Virus record (IMG/VR): IMGVR_UViG_3300049794_000047
DNA length: 64,000 bases
Source of the DNA: a virus
Taxonomy: Duplodnaviria > Caudoviricetes
Direction: 5' to 3' (one strand)
Part shown: positions 30,720-40,275 of the stretch, in pieces
How the letters are laid out: every line of letters starts with the position of its first letter
Numbering within the stretch: position 1 is the stretch's first letter
Made by a program: the position numbers and the translations under genes
The notes under the pieces: generated by a model
Databases searched by the model: none
What the model was told of the DNA's origin: nothing
What the model saw: only the letters and a program-made list of their open reading frames with translations

Positions 30720-32360
30720 GTGACTGACATCAGCCCCCGAACCGACCTATCGGTCACGTGCGCTCGACTCGGAGATCGGGAACGTGACGCGCTCCTCGCA
30801 ATCAGCGAATGGTGCTGGCGCCGGTTCAAGTTGACCCGGCCCTGCCTCGCCGCGCCTGACGGGCCGAGCCTTAGCATCGCGATCTCGAGCGCGCTCTTCG
30901 CGATGGACGGCTCCGCACCGGCCACCTATCCCGGCGAGTCGCGGGACGGCTTGCTGAGCCTCCTCTCCGAAGATCTGCCCCTCGTGTCGACCGAGCGGGA
31001 CGCCATCCGTGCCCTGATCACGGCAGCCGACACGGCGACTCACGCTCTCCCCGTGGAGCATCGACGGGAATTGTTCTTGCTGGCGCGAACCTCCCGCGAA
31101 GAGGGAACGGGACGTCTCGCTCGCGACATCCGCAACGCGCTAGCGTTCGTCGATGGCGCCTTCCTGGGCACAGTCAGCGAGATCGAGGAGATTTGCGACG
31201 CGCTCGCCCGGCGATCCGCGAGTTCCCTCTCGATCGAGGCGCTGATCACGGCGGTCGATGCTTCCCTGGTCAAACAAACGGCCGCAGCGCCGATCCCCCT
31301 GAAGGTTCCTGATAGCGGACATCCGCGCCCCGCACCCCGTCGAGCCCTACGACTCGCGCTTACACTCGCCCGGGACGCCCTGACCTCGGCAAGTGAGGAG
31401 TTCCGCAGCGCTGTGCAGAGCGCTGTTGCGAATCTGCTCGACGAGCCGGTGGATGCCGACGAGATCGAGGACAAGCCCGGACTTGCCAGGCTCGCCGAGG
31501 TTCGTCAGATCACCCTTGCCCTCGCGGCGCCGAACACGCTGCGGTGCGTCCTCTGTGAGGAAGCTCTATCTCCCGGGGAGTCTATTGACGGCGCATGTCA
31601 CGACGACCTCGCGCACTGCGTGCTCCTCGACCTGTCTCGGCAACTCCAACGCTGGGCAGGGGCCCACCCATTCGACGACGATCAAGATCCGGCGCGGGAC
31701 ACAACCGAGCAACGACTGGTGCGCTCCTACCACAGGTTCGCCGCACTCATCGGTGACGCCGCCGATGCCTGCTTCATGAAGGTATCCTGCGACGTCTGTG
31801 ACACCGTTGGCTACGGCAACGCGCGTTGTTGGTCGTGCGTCGCCCACTGGCGGTGGATGGCACCGGGGCTCCGGCGCAAGAGGACCTCCGAGTTAGTCGC
31901 GCGGACGGCGGGTCGGGCGCTTGGTCCCGAGGACGTTCGGTCCTCCACTGACCGCACGGGGCCAAGGACGCCGGATCGGTCGCTCGGTCCCGAGGACGTT
32001 CAGGCCTCCAGTGACCGCACGGGGCCAAGGACGCCGGATCGGTCGCACGGTCCCGAGAACGTTCTGATCTCCACTGACCGCACGGGGCCAAGGAGTCCAG
32101 GCGCAAAAACATCGAAATTAGCTCCCTTCCTGACGGAGGAGCAGCGCGCGCGGCTGCACTACTACACGCACGCCCTCGGTAAACTTGCCGCCGCTGTCAA
32201 CGCTGGACTCGCTGCGTTTGGGTCCGGACACTCGGGCGCGAAGCGTTTCGAGGTCCTCGCTGGACGGCTCCTCATCCGTTTCCCGGAGCTCGAGTCCGCG
32301 GTCGCGGCACTGTTGCTCGTGGTCGAGGCCGAGCTTACGAAACCTGGAGAGCCCCTGTGA
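30720..32360 (+). CDS. Hypothetical protein with 60-bp tandem repeats
   Basis: 546-aa ORF; GPEDVRSSTDRTGPRTPDRS about 3 times (31918-32093); CxxC pairs. Confidence 0.65.
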   Translation: MTDISPRTDLSVTCARLGDRERDALLAISEWCWRRFKLTRPCLAAPDGPSLSIAISSALFAMDGSAPATYPGESRDGLLSLLSEDLPLVSTERDAIRALITAADTATHALPVEHRRELFLLARTSREEGTGRLARDIRNALAFVDGAFLGTVSEIEEICDALARRSASSLSIEALITAVDASLVKQTAAAPIPLKVPDSGHPRPAPRRALRLALTLARDALTSASEEFRSAVQSAVANLLDEPVDADEIEDKPGLARLAEVRQITLALAAPNTLRCVLCEEALSPGESIDGACHDDLAHCVLLDLSRQLQRWAGAHPFDDDQDPARDTTEQRLVRSYHRFAALIGDAADACFMKVSCDVCDTVGYGNARCWSCVAHWRWMAPGLRRKRTSELVARTAGRALGPEDVRSSTDRTGPRTPDRSLGPEDVQASSDRTGPRTPDRSHGPENVLISTDRTGPRSPGAKTSKLAPFLTEEQRARLHYYTHALGKLAAAVNAGLAAFGSGHSGAKRFEVLAGRLLIRFPELESAVAALLLVVEAELTKPGEPL

Positions 32361-32866
32361 ATCCGACCGCCCATCGTCGCGCGAAGAGGAAGATCGGATC
32401 CCCTAGGTTCCTTCACGAAGAGAAGGCTCCCGTCCGTAAGCGTCGTTTCTCTGCGGTAATCTACGTCGAGATTGAGATCGACGAGAGTCTCCTGACGGAC
32501 GTCCTCACCGACGAGTGGCAGAAGAACTTCTATCGTTTGATCACGGCCGCTGACGTTGCCGGTCACCTCGCTTATAACTTGATCCAAGATCGAAGACTCT
32601 CGAGCCTCGACGGCTTCGCCGATCAACCCGAGGGAGCCGCACGCATCCTCAACGTCAATGCCGAGGACACCCAGGAACTGCCACCACACCCCGAGGGCTC
32701 GAGGGCGTCGATGCTTCCCCTAGTCCGCGAGAGGCACAACGGCCGCGAGTACAACTGGCGGTGCATTTGTGGCGCGTGCGGCGTGACATGGCAATCGACC
32801 CCAAAAAGCGCCGAGAGGGACTATCAGCGACACCTGGGCGCCGAGACGAAAAACCCGCAGCCATGA
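32357..32866 (+). CDS. Hypothetical protein
   Basis: GTGA/ATGA overlaps on both sides. Confidence 0.6.
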   Translation: MNPTAHRRAKRKIGSPRFLHEEKAPVRKRRFSAVIYVEIEIDESLLTDVLTDEWQKNFYRLITAADVAGHLAYNLIQDRRLSSLDGFADQPEGAARILNVNAEDTQELPPHPEGSRASMLPLVRERHNGREYNWRCICGACGVTWQSTPKSAERDYQRHLGAETKNPQP

Positions 32867-33435
32867 CACGATCCATCAAACATTCTCACCCCCTCGCGAA
32901 TCTTGCCAACGCCGTCGAGGAACACGTCGCGGGCACCTGGCCCGAGCTCGCCCGCGCCGCGCCGACGGACGTATGGTTCACCGGCTCCCACGTCTGGCAC
33001 CTTCTCTACCCGAGCCTTCCCCAGCGAGATCTCCCAGAGATCCGCGACTGGGACATCTTCACGATCGGGGAGGGTCCTGCTCAGTGGATCGTCAAGACCC
33101 TTGAGTGGAACCGTACGCCCTCTTGCCGGACCAGCGACAAGTGGGGAGCCGCGCCCAGGATCATCGACGTCCTCCACGTTCCCACGGTCCCTACACTACA
33201 GACGATCAGGCCCAATGGAAACGTGAGCGGATACGGCGACGGCTACAGCTACCAGACCGATCGCGGAATCGTCGACCTCTGGATCACGGCTCTTGACAGT
33301 CCGCTGGCCGAGCTCAAAGCGTATCCAACAATCTCCCACGCGCATTGCCGTGCAGCGTGGAGCTTCGCCGACGGGTTGATCGTGCTGCCAAACGAGTGTG
33401 CGCGCCTGCGGCCATCAGGAGATCTCAAGTCATGA
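32863..33435 (+). CDS. Pol-beta-superfamily nucleotidyltransferase-like protein
   Basis: WFTGS...RDWDIF and later IVDLW. Confidence 0.55.
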   Translation: MTRSIKHSHPLANLANAVEEHVAGTWPELARAAPTDVWFTGSHVWHLLYPSLPQRDLPEIRDWDIFTIGEGPAQWIVKTLEWNRTPSCRTSDKWGAAPRIIDVLHVPTVPTLQTIRPNGNVSGYGDGYSYQTDRGIVDLWITALDSPLAELKAYPTISHAHCRAAWSFADGLIVLPNECARLRPSGDLKS

Positions 33436-34070
33436 GCCGCGATCCCGTCGAGCGCTTGGCATTTTCGGCTGCCAGACAACTGCGAGCCGCGCTGGAGCAT
33501 CCCGCCACGGCGAACGAGCACGCCAGCGGCTATGGCACCGTCTGCCTGACGGGACACCCGGTCTTCGAGCGTCTATGGCTGCAATGCGTGGACGGACAAC
33601 TGGAGCGCGCTCTCGTCGAGGCAGTGCGTGACATCGAGAACATGGTCCCGATCAAAGGCGAGGCTCTGTTCTACGCCCCGCAACTGACCGTTCCACGACT
33701 GCCCATGGTGCTCCACGTCGGCAAGGCTGCGACGATCGACGTGATGACCCCAATGTGGGTGCTTGACGAGTTGCGCTGGCTCGCGCAACGGGATGCGGGT
33801 GATGCACCACGATCCCTGCTGGACATGGTGTTGTCACGACTCAACCATGGGAACATAACCGTGGTCGTCCATTTCATCGATCTCGTCCACATCATCAAGC
33901 GCGTAATCGGAACCGCCCCTGAAGCAAAGCCCGTGCTGGAACCGCGTCCCACAAGAATCCCGCGGAAGAAACCGAGATGAACCGTGCCACGATCATCAAG
34001 ACGGGGGCAGACATTGCGGCAAGGCGTTCGAGCAGCACGTGATCCAGGTTGACGTACAAGGACAGCCCAA

Positions 34071-34529
34071 ATGACCGCAAAGCGAAAGACGCCCACGAAG
34101 CACACCCCAGAATGGACGAAAACCGTCAACCCAAAGGCCTTCGCGTCTCTTGATGCAGGACCGGCTCATGTAGAATCGATGATCCATGTTTACTGGTCGG
34201 GTTATGGGGATGCCCGTGATGCTCGCGATGGCGGCATGGGCCATCGGATGATGCGCGACAAGGTCACGGCCAGTCTCGGACTTGACCATGCCGTCGAACC
34301 CGGATTCACCGAAGACGAGATGCAGGCGATTACCTTCGCGGCCAAGCTGGCAGCATTGAAATGCCTTGGCGCCAGACGGCATGATCACCGACCGCGGTGT
34401 ACGCAAGACCTAGCACGGATCATCGGCTGCACGTGCGGTTGGCAAAGACCCTCTGGAACCGCTGACTCGGACAACGCCTTCTCCACGCACGTCGCGCACG
34501 CGCGTCGCGCGAAAGGCGCTCCACGGTAA
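34071..34529 (+). CDS. Hypothetical protein
   Basis: ORF track; its TAA stop is the MITE target site. Confidence 0.55.
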   Translation: MTAKRKTPTKHTPEWTKTVNPKAFASLDAGPAHVESMIHVYWSGYGDARDARDGGMGHRMMRDKVTASLGLDHAVEPGFTEDEMQAITFAAKLAALKCLGARRHDHRPRCTQDLARIIGCTCGWQRPSGTADSDNAFSTHVAHARRAKGAPR

Positions 34530-34615
34530 GGGGCTGGAACGAAATAACCTGGTCGTTTCATGCAGTTTCTCGTCGAGGGATCGTTGAAACGACCAAGTTA
34601 ATAAAGTGCAGCCCC
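34530..34615 (+). mobile_element. MITE family A, copy 4
   Basis: TAA duplicated; identical to the reverse complement of copy 5. Confidence 0.9.
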
Positions 34616-34825
34616 TAAGCTCAAGCGCGTACAGTTATTCTGTGGGCCCCCCGCCCGAAGGAAAGCCTGTCATGAACGCGTGCACAACTCTTATCACCGA
34701 CTGGTGCAGACACGAGGGCGAAGATCTGCCCAATGTTCCCCCAGGCCGCGCGTCCGAACAACTCCTGACGGTCCAAACCCGCCTGCGGAACGAGGGTGCT
34801 ACATTCACCCGTGCTTATCCGGTTA

Positions 34826-34911
34826 GGGGCTGCACTTTATTAACTTGGTCGTTTCAACGATCCCTCGACGAGAAACTGCATGAAACGACCAGGTTATTTC
34901 GTTCCAGCCCC
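34826..34911 (-). mobile_element. MITE family A, copy 5, nested in the left TIR of TnpB element 2
   Basis: TTA duplicated at 34823 and 34912. Confidence 0.9.
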
Positions 34912-34945
34912 TTAACACCCAAGCACCCAAAGCGGGCCCCCTAGA

Positions 34946-36073
34946 ATGATCCTCACCTACAAATATCGGCTGAAGGGCAAGCGAAGCAGCCGGCTGCTGC
35001 TCCGCAGGGCCTGGGCTGTGAACCAGGTGTGGAACTACTGCGTCGCAACGCAGCGATCGGTCCAGCGGGTCTGGAATGCGGGGTTGTCTCCGAAGTGGGC
35101 CTCACAGTATGACCTGCAGAGGCGCACGGGAGGGACGTCACGAGACCTTCACCTCCACGCGCAGACGATCCAGGGCGTCTGCGAGCAGTTCGTAAAGAGC
35201 CGGGATCTTCACAAGAAGTGCCCACGTTTCCGGAGATCAGGAGGACCGAAGCGCTCCCTCGGCTGGGTCCCCTTCCAGAAGCAGTCCCGACAGGTCACCC
35301 CGAGCTCCGTCACGTACCTCGGGCACATCCACCGTTTCTTCGGGGCCCGCAGGCGACCCCTCCCCGAAACGGCGCGGGGAGGCTGCTTCGTTGAAGACGC
35401 GCGGGGGCGCTGGTGGGCCTGCTTCCATGTTGAGGTGGCAGATGAACTGCGCCAAGCACCAGCATCAGGGAGCCCGGTACCAGGTAGCCTGGCATCAGGG
35501 AGCCCGGTCGGAATCGATCTTGGACTCAAGTTCTTGGCGACGCTCTCGACAGGGGAGAAGATCGATGCTCCCCGGACGTATCGGCTCTGGGAGGAGAAGC
35601 TGATCGTCGCGCAGCGGGCGCACAAGGCAGATCGGGTCCGTGCACTGCACGACAAGATCACGAACGTCCGCCGGGACCACCTCCACAAGCTCTCGACGCG
35701 GATCGTGCGCACCTACGGGGCAGTCTACGTCGGGGACGTCTCTAGTTCTCAGCTCGGTCGCACGCGGATGGCAAAATCTGTGTACGACGCGGGCTGGTCG
35801 ATCTTCCGGGGAATGCTCCGCTACAAGGCCAGCAGGCACGGAGTGAAGTACGCGGAGGTCGATGAATTTCGGAGTACCCAGATCTGCTCGTCGTGTGGAG
35901 ATCTACCACCGACGAGGCCGAGAGGTATCGCAGATCTTGGAATGAGGGAATGGGTGTGTTCCAGCTGCGGTGCGTCGCACGATCGGGACGTCAACGCGGC
36001 GCGGAACATCCTCACGACCGGGCTGAGTGCTCAGCCTCTTGTAGAAGGAAGCCGGGTTGCCCATGGGCGTTAA
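34946..36073 (+). CDS. tnpB: RNA-guided endonuclease TnpB
   Basis: YKYRL, VGIDLGL, CSSC...CSSC Zn finger, HDRDVNAARNI. Confidence 0.95.
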   Translation: MILTYKYRLKGKRSSRLLLRRAWAVNQVWNYCVATQRSVQRVWNAGLSPKWASQYDLQRRTGGTSRDLHLHAQTIQGVCEQFVKSRDLHKKCPRFRRSGGPKRSLGWVPFQKQSRQVTPSSVTYLGHIHRFFGARRRPLPETARGGCFVEDARGRWWACFHVEVADELRQAPASGSPVPGSLASGSPVGIDLGLKFLATLSTGEKIDAPRTYRLWEEKLIVAQRAHKADRVRALHDKITNVRRDHLHKLSTRIVRTYGAVYVGDVSSSQLGRTRMAKSVYDAGWSIFRGMLRYKASRHGVKYAEVDEFRSTQICSSCGDLPPTRPRGIADLGMREWVCSSCGASHDRDVNAARNILTTGLSAQPLVEGSRVAHGR

Positions 36074-36132
36074 CCGGATAAGCACGCATTCACCAAACCG
36101 CGAGCCGCCCTACTCGTCTACAAGGAAGTTTG

Positions 36133-36750
36133 ATGCCCCGCCACCAACAAGTCACCACCTGCCGTCTGAGTGGTGGATCCGTCTCGAAGCACTGCACGTG
36201 CGAGCACTGCACCCTATCCATATGCTCACTATGCGGTGCCTACGAGGGAGGCCTCACGACCGACTGTCCCGACACCGAAATCAGCTTCGACCGGCAACGA
36301 GAGGTCTACGAGACCCCTCTCGACTACACCGACGACCGTGGCTGGCACCAGGGTGAACCGATGAAGCCCAAGTCGCCACGCTTCACGACCACGCGGAGGC
36401 CCCCCGAGCCGCCACGGGTCGATCCTCGCACGATCGTCGCGCCCACGGTCGACTGGACCAGGATCGATCGTAGCGCGGCACTTCAACACGATCTTGCGCT
36501 CCGGGCGATCGCCTGGACCCTCGCCGATCGCACGTGCGACGACCTATCAGCGGCGCTCACCCGCGCCAAGGACGAAGCCGACGCCCACACGGAACCGGAC
36601 GAACCAGGGCGCATCCTGCTCGCCAGGCTCGAAGGCGCACGCGTCAACTTTCAGCTCGCGTGCCGTCGCGTTGAAGAGCGCGACGAAGAGTTCCGGCAAG
36701 CCGCTCGCAAGCTCGTAGACACACTGGAGGCTCCGCCCATCGACCCATGA
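36133..36750 (+). CDS. Hypothetical protein with Cys-rich N-terminus
   Basis: CTCEHC...CSLCGAYEGGLTTDCP. Confidence 0.6.
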   Translation: MPRHQQVTTCRLSGGSVSKHCTCEHCTLSICSLCGAYEGGLTTDCPDTEISFDRQREVYETPLDYTDDRGWHQGEPMKPKSPRFTTTRRPPEPPRVDPRTIVAPTVDWTRIDRSAALQHDLALRAIAWTLADRTCDDLSAALTRAKDEADAHTEPDEPGRILLARLEGARVNFQLACRRVEERDEEFRQAARKLVDTLEAPPIDP

Positions 36751-37744
36751 CCCCCACAAGGGGCCATCTTGCACTTGACCCCCACGAGGACCGACCCACG
36801 CTTAGAGAAGGCGATAGACATGCAGAATAATCAGGGAGCCTTGAACCAAGCCGCGTCAGACGATCTCCGCGCGAGCAACGGTGAGGTCGTCCGACGCGTC
36901 GACCTCGACCGCGCTGCTGGCACACCGGGCCGGTTCCATCACGAGGACCCGGACGTCGCAGGCTACGAGGGCGTCAAGCTAGCGAGAGCAGCGCTCGCCG
37001 GGGACCAGGCGGCGCTGGATAAATTCCATGCCCTGGCCGGGCTCGCCCTCTCTGGGGTCACCGAGCATTCCGATGGCGATCCGGTCCGGCTTGTCCTCTT
37101 CCGCGAACTTCCAGCCCGTCAACTTCTTCATCAACCCCCGGTGCGTCAGTGCGCCGAGGAGCGCGTCGTGTTCCTGGCTACGAACGAGCACAGGAACGGC
37201 TGTACCCGCATCGACGCCACCGAACTCATTGCATGGATCCTCTCCTCAGAGGGCCGGGAGGCGCTCGCCCGCCGCGGTATCCTTGTTCCGATCCTCATGC
37301 CCGAAAAGGAGACCGTCAGCCCCACGACAATCTGCACCGAGTGCAACAAGCCGTGGTCTGAACACTGGGGATTCAACTGCGATGAGTCTTACGCCGACCG
37401 GAAGTTCCGACCCCTGCTGCCTGGTCACTATCCGAACAATCGGGCGCTTTTTCACGCCGACGAGAACTCCTGATGACCACCGCAACTGACCAATTTACCA
37501 ACCTTGTGGAGCGCACGCTCCGCAACGATTCCCGGCACTGCTCCTGTGACTTCTGCACGGGCAAGAAACACCATGAGGATAACTGGTGCTCCGCGTGCGC
37601 ACAGGTCCAGCTACAGCCCCCAAAGTGGTGGGAGGATCTGGACATGTGCGACGCGTGCGGGCGCACGTTTGCCATTGAGTGCAACTCCACGCGGCAAGAG
37701 CTGAACGAGCACGAACACCGCGAGAACGATCCGAGGCGAAACCG

Positions 37745-38194
37745 ATGAAAACACCACACCCGTTGAGTTGCTCTGACCTGAATCTGAACCAGGATAAGCT
37801 TGATGACGCCTTCACCGATGCCCTGGACCAGCTCACCGGCCTCCTCATGCATTCCTTCGGACGGGTGCAGGTCCGCCTTGCCCTCCGCGATGGGCTCGAG
37901 GACGAACTGAGAGCGACGCTCCACGTCTTCGCACAAGAGATCGGCAGAGTCATCGAGAGTGCTTACGTGACCAAAGCCCTCGCGAACGCCCGCACCTCGT
38001 CCGCGAACATGTTTGAAGCGCTCGCCGCTGGAGCTCGGGTCGCACACAAAGCTGCCTGCGCGGGTGAATCCGCAGGTGAAGTTGTCCACGCCTTGGCGCT
38101 GATCGCAGCTTGTGAAGGACGGCCAGAGATGCTGACCCTCGAAAACGCGGAGCGTGGCCCCACGGATTTTCCGGCAGTCCGCAACGCGCCATAA
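37745..38194 (+). CDS. Hypothetical protein
   Basis: ATGA overlap; helical. Confidence 0.5.
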   Translation: MKTPHPLSCSDLNLNQDKLDDAFTDALDQLTGLLMHSFGRVQVRLALRDGLEDELRATLHVFAQEIGRVIESAYVTKALANARTSSANMFEALAAGARVAHKAACAGESAGEVVHALALIAACEGRPEMLTLENAERGPTDFPAVRNAP

Positions 38195-38222
38195 GCCATC
38201 AGCCGTACAAAGGAGTTGCCAT

Positions 38223-39092
38223 TTGGGTTACGCACACATCGAGAATCTCTACAAAAGCCGGGCGATCCTCCTGTTTCGCCGCTGTTGGGCCCTGGAGAAA
38301 GTGCATGGTACCAGCGCGCACGTTACCTACGCCAAGGGGCAGCCGCTATCCTTCTTCTCGGGCGGTGAGAGTCACGGCCGTTTCTGCACGCTGTTCGATG
38401 AAACCGCCTTGACGGCTTGCTTCGCCACACTAGGTCACCGTGAAGTTACGATCTACGGCGAAGCGTACGGGGGCCGGTGCATGGGCATGCGAGCAACCTA
38501 CGGCGACGCGCTGCGATTTATCGCGTTCGACGTTCAGGTCGGCGACGCGTGGCTCTCGATCCCTGATGCCGCCCAGGTCGTCCTGGCCCTGGATCTGGAG
38601 TTCGTTCCGTTCGTGGAGGTTTCGACCGATCTTGCGGAGCTAGACCGGGCGCGTGACGCCCCCAGTGTCGTTGCCCAGCGCCGCGGTTGCGGCGACGACA
38701 AGGCTCGCGAGGGCGTCGTGCTCCGGCCTCTCGTCGAAGTGACGCTCAACAACGGCCATCGTGTTGTCGCCAAGCACAAACGCGAAGCATTCTCCGAGCG
38801 CGCAACCCCGCAAAAGGTTGTCGATGTAGCAAAACTGGCCGTCCTGGCCGAGGCGCAGGCGATCGCGCAAGAGTGGGTCACGCCGATGCGGCTCACCCAC
38901 GTGCTGGACAAGATGGCCCGCCCGCTCGACATGAGTGCAACCTCGCAGGTGATCGCCGCCATGATCCACGATGTCTATCGCGAGGCCACGGACGAAATCG
39001 TTGAAAGCCGAGACGCCACGACGGCAATCGGCCGGCGCACCGCCGGATTGTTCCGGGAGTGGCTCCAGACGCAGATCGACACCCCACAGTAA
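38223..39092 (+). CDS. RNA ligase, Rnl2-like
   Basis: Motif I EKVHGTS, III IYGEAYG, IIIa FIAFDV, IV REGVVLRP, V AKHK; TTG start after AGGAG. Confidence 0.85.
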   Translation: MGYAHIENLYKSRAILLFRRCWALEKVHGTSAHVTYAKGQPLSFFSGGESHGRFCTLFDETALTACFATLGHREVTIYGEAYGGRCMGMRATYGDALRFIAFDVQVGDAWLSIPDAAQVVLALDLEFVPFVEVSTDLAELDRARDAPSVVAQRRGCGDDKAREGVVLRPLVEVTLNNGHRVVAKHKREAFSERATPQKVVDVAKLAVLAEAQAIAQEWVTPMRLTHVLDKMARPLDMSATSQVIAAMIHDVYREATDEIVESRDATTAIGRRTAGLFREWLQTQIDTPQ

Positions 39093-39103
39093 AGCTAGAA
39101 ACC

Positions 39104-40258
39104 ATGAAAAATCTTGTCCAAGCCCTGATGCAGGATCGTCCGACCGATTGGCTCACGATCCTCGAGCGTGACTTCAAGATCCACGTCGTTCGTGATGGCG
39201 CGCTCGCGAGCCTCAAGTACAACCAGATCGAATCGCCGATGCGCGAGCCGATCGTGCAGCAGTGCCGTGGCATGGTGGTCGACGTCGAGCGTCGCGTCGT
39301 CTTCGCGTGGCCGTATGATAAGTTCTGGAACTATGGCGAAACGGAGGCTGCGACAATCGACTGGTCGACAGCGCGCGTGCAGGAGAAAATGGATGGCTCG
39401 CTCCTAATTTGGTACTGGCGCGAGGGCGAGCGACCGCCGTGGTGGCGGCCCTTGTCCAGATGGCATTGGCACAGGAAGCGGGGATGGTGCGTCGCGAGCA
39501 GTGGCCACCCGACGGCGGGCGGATCGTTCGGCGCTGACAAGCGTACCTTCGGACAGGCCTTCTGGGATCTCGCTCGAACCAGCGCGTTACGGCATCAGGC
39601 GGCCGACATGAAAGTCACCTACTTGTTCGAGTTGTGCGACGCTCCCAATCGCGTGGTCGTACGCCACGAGCAGCCACGCCTCGTGCTTCATGGTGCGCGC
39701 TGGCTGGAGACTGGGGTCGAGCTGACGCGCGAAGAACTCCTCGAGCACGCCGCTCGCATGGACTGCGAGATCGTGCGCGAGTTCCCGATCCGCACAATCG
39801 AGGACTGCCTCACAGCCGCAAGGGAGCTTGACCCGTTGCAGCAGGAGGGGTTCGTGGTCGTCGACGCCCAGTGCAACCGTATCAAGATCAAGTCACCGCG
39901 GTACGTGATTTTGCACCACATGAAGGGGGAAGCGACGCCACGACGCGCGATCGAGTTATGGCAGACCGGAGAGACTGGCGAGTTGCTCACGCACTTCCCA
40001 GAGATGGCACCAGCGATCGTCCCGATCCAGGAACAACTGGACAGCATTGCTGAGCAAGCGGTCAAGGACTTCGCCGCGAACTACCCACGGCCAACGCGCA
40101 AGGAATTCGCCCTGGCGATCAAAGATCGGCCCTGGTCGGCGGTGCTGTTTCGTCTGCTAGACTGCGATCCTCCGACCGTCGCCGACGCAAAGGCGATCAT
40201 GCGGCGCATGACCACTGCGGCGCTGGAGCGCTTGATCGAGCTCTCACCGAAGACCTGA
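39104..40258 (+). CDS. RNA ligase, T4 Rnl1-like
   Basis: QCRG, PYDKFWNYGE, EKMDGSL, YLFEL, EGFVV, RIKIKS. Confidence 0.9.
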   Translation: MKNLVQALMQDRPTDWLTILERDFKIHVVRDGALASLKYNQIESPMREPIVQQCRGMVVDVERRVVFAWPYDKFWNYGETEAATIDWSTARVQEKMDGSLLIWYWREGERPPWWRPLSRWHWHRKRGWCVASSGHPTAGGSFGADKRTFGQAFWDLARTSALRHQAADMKVTYLFELCDAPNRVVVRHEQPRLVLHGARWLETGVELTREELLEHAARMDCEIVREFPIRTIEDCLTAARELDPLQQEGFVVVDAQCNRIKIKSPRYVILHHMKGEATPRRAIELWQTGETGELLTHFPEMAPAIVPIQEQLDSIAEQAVKDFAANYPRPTRKEFALAIKDRPWSAVLFRLLDCDPPTVADAKAIMRRMTTAALERLIELSPKT

Positions 40259-40275
40259 TCGGGAATGGACTTCCA

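Larger units (their letters stand above)
34810..36086 (+). mobile_element. TnpB-only element 2 with TIRs and 8-bp TSD (CATTCACC)
   Basis: Left end CGTGCTTATCCGGTTA[MITE]ACACCCA; right end identical to element 1; CATTCACC at 34802 and 36087. Confidence 0.9.
34672..36133 (+). pseudogene. Small gene interrupted by TnpB element 2
   Basis: Removing the element and one TSD gives ...RNEGATFT|KPRAALLVYKEV*, whose TGA overlaps the next ATG at 36133. Confidence 0.75.

Noticed and set aside
37785-37805. AACCAGGATAAGC as the partner of the solo TIR at 8735
   Set aside because: Short partial match inside an ORF, without the expected duplication.
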